64,000 nt of DNA from Octopus vulgaris (lineage: Eukaryota), in contig OX597820.1 of NCBI GenBank assembly GCA_951406725.2, positions 108,128,001-108,192,000 on the forward strand. Direction: 5' to 3'. A program made the translations under genes and the position numbers. The notes below the pieces were generated by a model that made no database searches, was not told the DNA's origin, and saw nothing but the letters and a program-made list of their open reading frames with translations. This document shows, piece by piece, positions 12,938-23,759 of the stretch (within the stretch, counting starts at the first letter, position 1; every line of letters begins with the position of its first letter).

Positions 12938-13075
12938 ATGTATATTTATTTATATATATATGTGTATGTATATTTATATACATATATATATGTGTGTATG
13001 TATATTTATTTATTTATATATATATGTGTATGTATATTTATTTATTTATATATATATGTATGTATATTTATTTAT
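12786..13075. repeat. (TA)n/TATGTGTATGTATATT compound micro/minisatellite
   Basis: Directly visible; continuation of the 11060-11445 array. Confidence 0.95.
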
Positions 13076-13185
13076 AATTTTAACCATAAAGGTATTTTAA
13101 TATGCTGCTACATTTCTTGATGGAATTCTTTTCTGTAGAGGAAAAAAAACTTCATCCTATACTAGTAATAGTAGTAGTAGTAGTA

Positions 13186-13243
<58 letters not shown>

Positions 13244-13268
13244 TTATATGTATTTATTTATATATATA

Positions 13269-13772
13269 CTAGCAGTATCGCCCGGCGTTGCTCGGGTTTG
13301 TAAGGGAAATAACTATATAAGCATTTTTAGAGAGTTACTTCCCTTATAAATTCGGGCTTTCTTAGCCATTTTTGTTTTGGTGTCTTCAAGCCATGAAGTC
13401 GTTGTTCTAAAAGAACGCTGGTTTCCTTCACAACGCATTACGACGTTGATTTCTTTACACTCCCTTCCCCACAGCTTCACGAGGGAGGGAAGGGGGAGAA
13501 GCAAACAGGTGCAGCTGTGAGCGTGGACGCCAACTCCGCCGCCATCGACATACGATGCATTTTATGCATTAAAATGGAATAAAAAATTATGTTAAATTAT
13601 TTTTAAAATCGTAGACTCATCGTTGACGCGCGCTAATAGTCAGACGGGCTCGATATGAATCACGACTATAAGATACCCGAATTTGGTTAAACTGCACCGC
13701 AAAATGTGGGAGGAGTTAGGAATCTAAATCGAAGGACAGACACTCACACAACTAGAGTTTTATATATATAGA
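13269..13772 (-). mobile_element. Non-autonomous Helitron (~500 bp)
   Basis: On the minus strand: A|TCTATATATATAAAAC...CCCGAGCAACGCCGGG (GC hairpin)...CTAG|T, i.e. canonical 5'-TC, 3'-CTAG, subterminal hairpin and an A|T target with no TSD. Confidence 0.8.
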
Positions 13773-13798
13773 TATATATATATTTATTTATTTATATG

Positions 13799-13831
<33 letters not shown>

Positions 13832-14094
13832 TTATTTATTTATATGTATTTATTTATATATATATATATATTTATTTATTTATATGTATTTATTTATATA
13901 TATATGTATTTATTTATTTATATGTATTTATTTATTTATATGTATTTATTTATATATATATATATTTATTTATTTATATGTATTTATTTATTTATATGTA
14001 TTTATTTATATATATATATATTTATTTATTTATATGTATTTATTTATATATATATATATTTATTTATTTATATGTATTTATTTATATATATATG

Positions 14095-14133
<39 letters not shown>

Positions 14134-14158
14134 TTATTTATATATATATATATATTTA

Positions 14159-14189
<31 letters not shown>

Positions 14190-14435
14190 TTATTTATATG
14201 TATTTATATATATACATTTTATTTATTTATATGTATTTATATATATACATTTTATTTATTTATATGTATTTATATATATACATTTTATTTATTTATATGT
14301 ATTTATATATATACATTTTATTTATTTATATGTATTTATATATATACATTTTATTTATTTATGTATTTATATATATATACATTTTATTTATTTATATGTA
14401 TTTATATATATATATATATTTTACTTATTTATAAA

Positions 14436-14488
<53 letters not shown>

Positions 14489-14545
14489 TTATATATATAT
14501 ATATATATATTTAATTATATATATATATATATATATTTATATATA
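13773..14545. repeat. Long (TA)n/TATT/TATG low-complexity array
   Basis: Directly visible, almost entirely A/T. Confidence 0.95.
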
Positions 14546-14720
14546 CTTCCGGTTTTCGTAGGGTAAAGACGTGTTGCTTTGCTGTGTGATAAAAAAACCA
14601 AAAAGGTTTGCATAAATTGACGAAATAATCAGTGAAAATTGATAAAAAAACGTAAAAGTTGCTATCTCATAGTGGTCTACTAGGATATATTAGGTAAAAA
14701 CCGTAATATATTTCGCTTCA

Positions 14721-15070
14721 AGCCAAATATAATACACTAAAGTTAATTACGCACGCCAGACTTCCCGTCGAAAAAGCATGTGGTGACATCTCTTAAGTTT
14801 ATTCCCAATCGACTTCAACAAACAAAAAGAACCGTTTTCTTTTTCCTTTTGAAAGAAAACCTCTTCGTATAGGGAGAAAACTTTGGGACTTCTACCTCTT
14901 ATAAGATAAGTACCCCTTCTCATTTGTTTATTTTCCTGTAGTTCAATGTAAGGACCTATTCTCTGTTTACATTCACTTTCTGTTTCAGCTCCGTTACATC
15001 TCTTTAAAATTATTCAAATTTAGATAGGCATATATTTATTTGTTGCTTTATTTATACATACATATATATA
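14721..15070 (-). repeat. Left copy of a ~350-bp inverted repeat (partner 25225-25606)
   Basis: AGCCAAATATAATACACTAAAGTTAATTACGCACGCCAGA...TGTTGCTTTATTTATA is the reverse complement of 25225-25606, with substitutions and two short indels. Confidence 0.85.
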
Positions 15071-15077
15071 CATATAT

Positions 15078-18000
15078 CATCATCATCATCATCATCGTTT
15101 AACGTCCGTTCTCCATGCTAGCATGGGTTGGACGGTTCGACCGGGGTTCTGGGAAGCCAGAAGGCTGCACCAGGCTCCAGTCTAATCTGGCAATGTTTCT
15201 ACAGCTGGATGCCCTTCCTAACGCCAACCACTCCGTGAGTGTAGTGGGTGCTTTTTACGTGCCACCTGCACAGGTGCCAGGCGAGGCTGGCAACGGCCAC
15301 GGTCAGATTGGTGTATTTTATGTGCCACCGGCACGGAAGCCAGTCGAGGCGGTGCTGGCATCGGCCATGAGTCGGATAGTGCTTTTTACGTACCACCAGA
15401 CCAGGGATCCTGGCTGGTTCAATTCGATTTCGATTTCGCTTGCCCCAACATGTCTTCACAAGCAAAGGGGGTTGGCATGGGTGCCTGTCGTACGGTCGCA
15501 TTGGAGTATTTTACGTGTCACGGCCACGAGTCGGATAGTGCTTTTTACGTACCACCAGACCAGGGATCCTGGCTGGTTCAATTCGATTTCGATTTCGCTT
15601 GCCCCAACATGCCTTCACAAGCAAAGGAGGTTGGCATGGGTGCCTGTCGTACGGTCGCATTGGAGTATTTTACGTGCCACGGCCACGAGTCGGATAGTGC
15701 TTTTTACGTACCACCAGGCCAGGGATCCTGGCTAGTTCAATTCGGTTTCGATTTCGATTTTGATTTCGCTTGCCCCAACATGTCTTCGCAAGCATGGGGG
15801 GTTGGCATGGGTGTCTGTCGTCGGATGAGGTTCTATATCGACTTAGCTTGCCTCAACAGGTCTTTGTGTCCAAGGGAGGAAAGGCATTCATAAGTGGGCT
15901 GGGCTCACTTGTCCTGCCTGGTCTTCTCACGTACAGAATATTTCCAAAGGTCTCGGTCGCTGGCCATTTCCTCAGTGAGGCCTAAAGTTCGAAGGTCGTG
16001 CTTCACCACCTCGTCCCAGGTTTTCCTAAACTTTGCCCAGGCTATTCTTATTCTAGCAGTTACACTTTCAGCGCACCCACCCCCACTACTGACTTGGTCA
16101 CCAAGATAACGGAAGCTATCAACTACTTCTAGTTTTTCCCCCTGGAAAGTGACGGAAGTTGTTTTCTGCAGATTTTCGGAGGTTAATGCTCCCGAGCATC
16201 TGCCACATACAAAAACTATCTTCCCAGTTAGCCTACCTTTGACATTGCTGCACCTCTTATGTGTCCATAGCTTACACTGGGTACATCTTATAGAGTTTCT
16301 ACCTACACCTTTTCTACAGATCGAGCAGGGCCATCTTCCTGAAGACATTTGTGGATTGTCTACCTTCCTACTTATTAGTACTTTGGTTTTAGCTAGGTTG
16401 ACTCTAAGGCCCCTTGATTCTAAACCCTCCTTCCACACCTGGAACTTCTCCTCCAGTTCTGATAGTGACTCAGCAATAAGAGCAAGGTCGTCAGCGTAGA
16501 GGAGCTCCCAGGGACAGCCTGTCTTGAATTCCTCCGTAATTGCCTGGAGTACTATGATAAATAGGAGGGGGCTGAGTACTGAACCCTGGTGGACCCCAAC
16601 CTCTACTTTGAATTCTTCTGTGTACATGTTGCCAACCCTAACCTTACTTACGGCATCTCTGTACATGGCTTGCACAGTCCTCACCAGCCATTCATCTATC
16701 CCTAGTTTCCTCATTGACCACCAGATAAGGGATCGGGGGACCCTATCAAAAGCTTTCTCCATGTCAACGAAAGCCAGGTACAGGGGCTTATCTTTGGCTA
16801 GGTATTTCTCCTGCAGCTGCCTTACCAGGAATATAGCATCAGTGGTACTTTTCCCTGGCACGAACCCAAACTGCATCTCATCTAAACTAACTCTCTCTCT
16901 AATTAGTTGGGCTATGACCCTCTCCGTAACCTTCATTACTTGATCCAACAGCTTGATACCTGTGTAATTATTTGTATCTAGGGCATCACCTTTACCTTTG
17001 TAGCAGTTGACTAGTATGCTGCTGCACCAGTCATTGGGTATGACTCCTTTGTGTATCACCTGGTTGACTATACGGGTGACTAGGTTATAGCCGACACTGC
17101 CAGATATTTTGAGCATCTCTGCAGTAATTCCTGATGGGCCTGGGGCTTTCCCTGTCTTCATGCTTCTAATTGCCTTAGCTACCACGGAACTATCAACTCG
17201 GATAGCTGGTCCCTCTGTAGGGTCAACATTCGGCAGACTCTCTCTATCCCATTCATTTTCCTCATTCAGCAACCTTTCATAGTGGCGTCTCCAAGCTTCT
17301 CTCTTTGCATCCTCATTTAGCGCAAGTGAACCATCCTCCATGCGAACACATTTCTCTCCTACCACATCACGATTCTCTCTCACACACTGTCTTGCAACAC
17401 GAAATACCTCAAGTCTTTCATCCTCACGGCGCAGGACATTGGCAAATTTTCTCTTATCTGCTTCCCCTCTGGCTAGATAGACCTGTCTCTTAGCTTCCCT
17501 TCTGGCAGTCTGATACCCTTCCCTGCTACCACCGTTCTTCCAGGCCTTCCAAGCCTGTTTCTTTTGTCTAATAGCCCTGTCAACAATATTGTTCCACCAC
17601 CACGTTATTTTGGGTCTTAAGGGGACTTTGCACCAGCCACAGATCTGGTCAGCGGCTTTCAGCAGGTTGTCCCTCAGAAACGTCCAGTTGTCTTCTACCC
17701 CATGTGTAGCTATACCCCCTTCCACTTCGTCAAAGGCTTCAAGTAACATATCTCTAAATCTCTGTCCATTCGCAGGGTCTTTAAGCTTCCAAACCCTTCT
17801 TCTCCATGTTGGTCGTCTTCTAGTCGCCCTCTTAGTCCTGATCCTAAAGTCACTAACTACCAGTCTATGTTGTGGGGTGCATTCTTCGCCTGGGAAGGTT
17901 TTGGCATTTTTAAGCAGCCATCTTTCCCTTTTTCTGGCAAGGATGTAGTCGATTTGGCTAGTATGTCGGCCCGATCGGTAGGTGACCAGGTGGCTTGTTG

Positions 18001-18770
18001 GTTTCCTGAAGTTAGTGTTGCAGACCATAAGACTATTCGCATCGCAGAACTCCAGCAGCCTGGTTCCCTCCTCGTTGCGGGAACCATAACCGTAGCCTCC
18101 ATGTACGCCATGGAAGCCCCCAGCATGTCGTCCAACATGCCCATTGAAATCACCAGCCACAAAGATAAGGTCCCTGTCGTTCGTCAATGAGGTGGTCTGC
18201 AGTAGGGTGTCATAGAAACTGTCTTTCTGTCCATCGGGTAGCCCTGGCTGAGGGGCATAGGCCGATATAATGGTTGCTAATCTATTATGAAGCACTATTC
18301 TAATCTTAAGTATTCTGTCACTTACTCTGATTACCTCAATTACTCTATCTATCCATTTCTCAGCGATAAGTATACCCACGCCACCAACCCCGTCAGTGTT
18401 CCCTGCCCAGAAAATCTTATACCTGTGTTCCTTGCCTGTGAGGAACCTAGCAGATCCTCCTCTCCACCTTATTTCTTGCATACAACATACATCAACACGT
18501 CTCCGTTCAAGCATCTCGACTATCTCGCCAGACCTACCTTTCAGCGTGCCAACGTTGAGGGTGCCCACCCTGAGGGTGTGGGAGGTGTGGGCCTCTGAGA
18601 CCCTGGGATGAGGGACAGCAGTGTTATGTACCTGAAAAGAAAGCTTGCATTTGCCAGATATCATACTGAGACTCTAGACTACAACCTGCATAAATTTCAC
18701 AGTTTTTGCGCTATATGATCACAATAAACCCTACATAGGGGTGCGGGGGGGTCAAGAAAGATAGAAAAAA
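15078..18770 (-). mobile_element. RTE-clade LINE, near full length, with an in-frame internal deletion
   Basis: (CAT)n tail at 15078, 3' UTR with 159-bp tandem units, single EN-RT ORF. The 5' boundary is approximate. Confidence 0.93.
15905..18664 (-). CDS. RTE LINE ORF (919 aa): APE endonuclease, reverse transcriptase and embedded C4HC3 PHD-like finger
   Basis: EN motifs TLNVGTL, MQEIRW, SAYAPQ, AGDFNGH, SQIDYIL, QHRLVV. RT motifs FVDMEKAFDRV, GVHQGSVLSPLLF, LLYADDL, FRYLG. Finger CSIC...CTQC..THKRC...CGRC. Confidence 0.93.
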   Translation of the reverse strand: MISGKCKLSFQVHNTAVPHPRVSEAHTSHTLRVGTLNVGTLKGRSGEIVEMLERRRVDVCCMQEIRWRGGSARFLTGKEHRYKIFWAGNTDGVGGVGILIAEKWIDRVIEVIRVSDRILKIRIVLHNRLATIISAYAPQPGLPDGQKDSFYDTLLQTTSLTNDRDLIFVAGDFNGHVGRHAGGFHGVHGGYGYGSRNEEGTRLLEFCDANSLMVCNTNFRKPTSHLVTYRSGRHTSQIDYILARKRERWLLKNAKTFPGEECTPQHRLVVSDFRIRTKRATRRRPTWRRRVWKLKDPANGQRFRDMLLEAFDEVEGGIATHGVEDNWTFLRDNLLKAADQICGWCKVPLRPKITWWWNNIVDRAIRQKKQAWKAWKNGGSREGYQTARREAKRQVYLARGEADKRKFANVLRREDERLEVFRVARQCVRENRDVVGEKCVRMEDGSLALNEDAKREAWRRHYERLLNEENEWDRESLPNVDPTEGPAIRVDSSVVAKAIRSMKTGKAPGPSGITAEMLKISGSVGYNLVTRIVNQVIHKGVIPNDWCSSILVNCYKGKGDALDTNNYTGIKLLDQVMKVTERVIAQLIRERVSLDEMQFGFVPGKSTTDAIFLVRQLQEKYLAKDKPLYLAFVDMEKAFDRVPRSLIWWSMRKLGIDEWLVRTVQAMYRDAVSKVRVGNMYTEEFKVEVGVHQGSVLSPLLFIIVLQAITEEFKTGCPWELLYADDLALIAESLSELEEKFQVWKEGLESRGLRVNLAKTKVLISRKVDNPQMSSGRWPCSICRKGVGRNSIRCTQCKLWTHKRCSNVKGRLTGKIVFVCGRCSGALTSENLQKTTSVTFQGEKLEVVDSFRYLGDQVSSGGGCAESVTARIRIAWAKFRKTWDEVVKHDLRTLGLTEEMASDRDLWKYSVREKTRQDK

Positions 18771-18815
18771 GAAACTTCCGGTTCTGGTGGATGGGTGGGA
18801 GGGCGGGGTTACCTC

Positions 18816-20735
18816 GAAGGAACAACAGGTTTTAAGTTAATACGTAGGGAATTTTCTGCAACAGAAATTACTGAACATCTAGAAACTTCGGGGTTCGAGA
18901 AGAATGTAACATAAATAAGAGAGAGAGAGAGAGAAAATATTTTGTAGGGAATTTAGGGAATCTTTGGGGAAAGGAATAACAACGAAGGAACAACAGGTTT
19001 TAAGTTAATACGTAGGGAATTTTCTGCAACAGAAATTACTGAACATCTAGAAACTTCGGGGTTCGAGAAGAATGTAACATAAATAAGAGAGAGAGAGAGA
19101 GAGAGAGAAAATATTTTGTAGGGAATTTAGGGAATCTTTGGGGAAAGGAATAACAACGAAGGAACAACAGGTTTTAAGTTAATACGTAGGGAATTTTCTG
19201 CAACAGAAATTACTGAACATCTAGAAACTTCGGGGTTCGAGTAAAACATGATATAAATAGGAGAGAGAGAATATTTTGTAGTGAATTCTGGGAATGGAAT
19301 AATAACGGGATGACACTGAAATTAAAGGAGGAATTTAAAATGCATGACAGCCATGCATACAAGATGGCGAAATAAATAATAGAAAAACGGGATTTAGAGT
19401 TACGAATCAACGCTTAAAAAAATGAATATGAATGACAGGTTGTAAGTTAAATTCGCTTAGCTGGTCATTTTTCGAGTCAGTGTTTTGTCAGCAAGATGTA
19501 GAATCGAGAAGAGGGACGAGATAAATCAAACACTGCTTTATAAAGAGTTAGGGATTGGGGGGGGGATTATCAGGTGGCAGCATGAGGAAAGAGAGAGGGG
19601 GGAAGAAAGAGAGAGAGAGAGCTAAGGAACAACAGGTTTAATTCGTAAGGAATTTTCTGCAACAGAAATTACTGAACATCTAGAAACTTCGGGGTTCGAG
19701 AAGAATGTAATATAAATAAGAGAGAGAGAGAGAGAGAAAATATTTTGTAGGGAATTTAGGGAATCTTTGGGGAAAGGAATAACAACGAAGGAACAACAGG
19801 TTTTAAGTTAATACGTAGGGAATTTTCTGCAACAGAAATTACTGAACATCTAGAAACTTCGGGGTTCGAGAAGAATGTAATATAAATAAGAGAGAGAGAA
19901 AATATTTTGTAGGGAATTTAGGGAATCTTTGGGGAAAGGAATAACAACGAAGGAACAACAGGTTTTAAGTTAATACGTAGGGAATTTTCTGCAACAGAAA
20001 TTACTGAACATCTAGAAACTTCGGGGTTCGAGAAGAATGTAATATAAATAAGAGAGAGAGGGAGAGAGAGAAAATATTTTGTAGGGAATTTAGGGAATCT
20101 TTGGGGAAAGGAATAACAACGAAGGAACAACAGGTTTTAAGTTAATACGTAAGGAATTTTCTGCAACAGAAATTACTGAACATCTAGAAACTTCTGGGTT
20201 CGAGAAGAATGTAACATAAATAAGAGAGAGAGAGAGAGAGAGAGAGAAAATATTTTGTAGGGAATTTAGGGAATCTTTGGGGAAAGGAATAACAACGAAG
20301 GAACAACAGGTTTTAAGTTAATACGTAGGGAATTTTCTGCAACAGAAATTACTGAACATCTAGAAACTTCGGGGTTCGAGAAGAATGTAACATAAATATG
20401 AGAGAGAGAGAGAGAGAAAATATTTTGTAGGGAATTTAGGGAATCTTTAGGGAAAGGAATAACAACGAAGGAACAACAGGTTTTAAGTTAATACGTAGGG
20501 AATTTTCTGCAACAGAAATTACTGAACATCTAGAAACTTCGGGGTTCGAGAAGAATGTAACATAAATAAGAGAGAGAGAGAGAGAGAGAAAATATTTTGT
20601 AGGGAATTTAGGGAATCTTTGGGGAAAGGAATAACAACGAAGGAACAACAGGTTTTAAGTTAATACGTAGGGAATTTTCTGCAACAGAAATTACTGAACA
20701 TCTAGAAACTTCGGGGTTCGAGAAGAATGTAACAT

Positions 20736-20767
<32 letters not shown>

Positions 20768-23475
20768 AAATATTTTGTAGGGAATTCAGGGAATCTTTGG
20801 GGAAAGGAATAACAACGAAGGAACAACAGGTTTTAAGTTAATACGTAGGGAATTTTCTGCAACAGAAATTACTGAACATCTAGAAACTTCGGGGTTCGAG
20901 AAGAATGTAATATAAATAAGAGACAGAGAAAATATTTTGTAGGGAATTTAGGGAATCTTTGGGGAAAGGAATAACAACGAAGGAACAACAGGTTTTAAGT
21001 TAATACGTAGGGAATTTTCTGCAACAGAAATTACTGAACATCTAGAAACTTCGGGGTTCGAGAAGAATGTAACATAAATAAGAGAGAGAGAGAAAATATT
21101 TTGTAGGGAATTTAGGGAATCTTTGGGGAAAGGAATAACAACGAAGGAACAACAGGTTTTAAGTTAATACGTAGGGAATTTTCTGCAACAGAAATTACTG
21201 AACATCTAGAAACTTCGGGGTTCGAGAAGAATGTAACATAAATAAGAGAGAGAGAGAAAATATTTTGTAGGGAATTTAGGGAATCTTTGGGGAAAGGAAT
21301 AACAACGAAGGAACAACAGGTTTTAAGTTAATACGTAGGGAATTTTCTGCAACAGAAATTACTGAACATCTAGAAACTTCGGGGTTCGAGAAGAATGTAA
21401 CATAAATAAGAGAGAGAGAGAGAGAGAAAAATATTTTGTAGGGAATTTAGGGAATCTTTGGGGAAAGGAATAACAACGAAGGAACAACAGGTTTTAAGTT
21501 AATACGTAGGGAATTTTCTGCAACAGAAATTACTGAACATCTAGAAACTTCGGGGTTCGAGAAGAATGTAACATAAATAAGAGAGAGAGAGAGAGAAAAT
21601 ATTTTGTAGGGAATTTAGGGAATCTTTGGGGAAAGGAATAACAACGAAGGAACAACAGGTTTTAAGTTAATACGTAGGGAATTTTCTGCAACAGAAATTA
21701 CTGAACATCTAGAAACTTCGGGGTTCGAGAAGAATGTAACATAAATAAGAGAGAGAGAGAGAGAGAAAAATATTTTGTAGGGAATTTAGGGAATCTTTGG
21801 GGAAAGGAATAACAACGAAGGAACAACAGGTTTTAAGTTAATACGTAGGGAATTTTCTGCAACAGAAATTACTGAACATCTAGAAACTTCGGGGTTCGAG
21901 AAGAATGTAATATAAATAAGAGAGAGAGAAAATATTTTGTAGGGAATTTAGGGAATCTTTGGGGAAAGGAATAACAACGAAGGAACAACAGGTTTTAAGT
22001 TAATACGTAGGGAATTTTCTGCAACAGAAATTACTGAACATCTAGAAACTTCGGGGTTCGAGTAAAACATGATATAAATAGGAGAGAGAGAGAATATTTT
22101 GTAGTGAATTCTGGGAATGGAATAATAACGGGATGACACTGAAATTAAAGGAGGAATTTAAAATGCATGACAGACAGGAAGCCATGCATACAAGATGGCG
22201 AAATAAATAATAGAGAAACGGGATTTAGAGTTACGAATCAACGCTTAAAAAAATGAATATGAATGACAGGTTGTAAGTTAAATTCGCTTAGCTGGTCATT
22301 TTTCGAGTCAGTGTTTTGTCAGCAAGATGTAGAATCGAGAAGAGGGACGAGATAAATCAAACACTGCTTTATAAAGAGTTAGGGATTGGTGGGGGGGGAT
22401 TATCAGGTGGCAGCATGAGGAAAGAGAGAGGGGGGGAATAAAGAGAGAGAGAGAGCTAAGGAACAACAGGTTTAATTCGTAAGGAATTTTCTGCAACAGA
22501 AATTACTGAACATCTAGAAACTTCGGGGTTCGAGAAGAATGTAATATAAATAAGAGAGAGAGAGAGAGAGAAAATATTTTGTAGGGAATTTAGGGAATCT
22601 TTGGGGAAAGGAATAACAACGAAGGAACAACAGGTTTTAAGTTAATATGTAGGGAATTTTCTGCAACAGAAATTACTGAACATCTAGAAACTTCGGTGTT
22701 CGAGAAGAATGTAATATAAATAAGAGAGAGAGAGAGAGAAAATATTTTGTAGGGAATTTAGGGAATCTTTGGGGAAAGGAATAACAACGAAGGAACAACA
22801 GGTTTTAAGTTAATACGTAGGGAATTTTCTGCAACAGAAATTACTGAACATCTAGAAACTTCGGGGTTCGAGAAGAATGTAATATAAATAAGAGAGAGAG
22901 AGAGAAAATATTTTGTAGTGAATTTAGGGAATCTTTGGGGAAAGGAATAACAACGAAGGAACAACAGGTTTTAAGTTAATACGTAGGGAATTTTCTGCAA
23001 CAGAAATTACTGAACATCTAGAAACTTCGGGGTTCGAGAAGAATGTAACATAAATAAGAGAGAGAGAGAGAGAGAAAATATTTTGTAGGGAATTTAGGGA
23101 ATCTTTGGGGAAAGGAATAACAACGAAGGAACAACAGGTTTTAAGTTAATACGTAGGGAATTTTCTGCAACAGAAATTACTGAACATCTAGAAACTTCGG
23201 GGTTCGAGTAAAACATGATATAAATAGGAGAGAGAGAATATTTTGTAGTGAATTCTGGGAATGGAATAATAACGGGGTGACACTGAAATTAAAGGAGGAA
23301 TTTAAAATGCATGACAGCCATGCATACAAGATGGCGAAATAAATAATAGAGAAACGGGATTTAGAGTTACGAATCAACGCTTAAAAAAATGAATATGAAT
23401 GACAGGTTGTAAGTTAAATTCGCTTAGCTGGTCATTTTTCGAGTCAGTGTTTTGTCAGCAAGATGTAGAATCGAG
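18816..23475. repeat. Tandem array of ~160-180-bp monomers with an internal variable (GA)n tract, organised as a higher-order repeat
   Basis: About 23 monomer starts (AAGGAACAACAGGTTT). A ~380-bp block recurs at ~19241, ~22062 and ~23208 (last one truncated). Confidence 0.95.
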
Positions 23476-23759
23476 AATTAATAAATGAAATAAAACATAT
23501 GCATATATATAAACATATATGTACGTACCTACCTCTACATGTACATATACACGCATATATGAGTACAGGACACCAAAAGGACGTCGAACACAAAGAGAAA
23601 CGAAAACATAGACACAAACCAAAGGAACTGGACATTTTTTTAAAAACAACAAAAAATGGAGTACAGGACAATTAACACAACGAAAGAACCCCTTCTTCAG
23701 TCGCTAAGGTTTCATCTACTCTACGTTTCGAAGGATAATATATATATATATATTTACTC

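Noticed and set aside
11008-14561. Long Y/I/M/C/V-rich ORFs (also at 8637-9169 and 51984-52332)
   Set aside because: They are translations of (TA)n/(TATG)n microsatellites.
16015-16040. The 363-bp RTE deletion as a spliced-out intron
   Set aside because: The missing segment would end in CCCAG but start with GG rather than GT/GC; microhomology explains it better.
16149-18611. Plus-strand ORFs overlapping the RTE ORF
   Set aside because: Antisense shadows of the LINE coding frame, with no recognisable motifs.
18870-18895. CTGAACA-TCTA-GAAAC in each satellite monomer resembling a hammerhead core
   Set aside because: The essential G8 is C, there is no stem II, and there is no valid stem III/NUH.
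18816-23475. CRISPR-like array or repeated small genes (MFLRCYSFPQRF... ORFs)
   Set aside because: No unique spacers, eukaryotic context, and the ORFs depend on (GA)n length, so they are satellite read-through.
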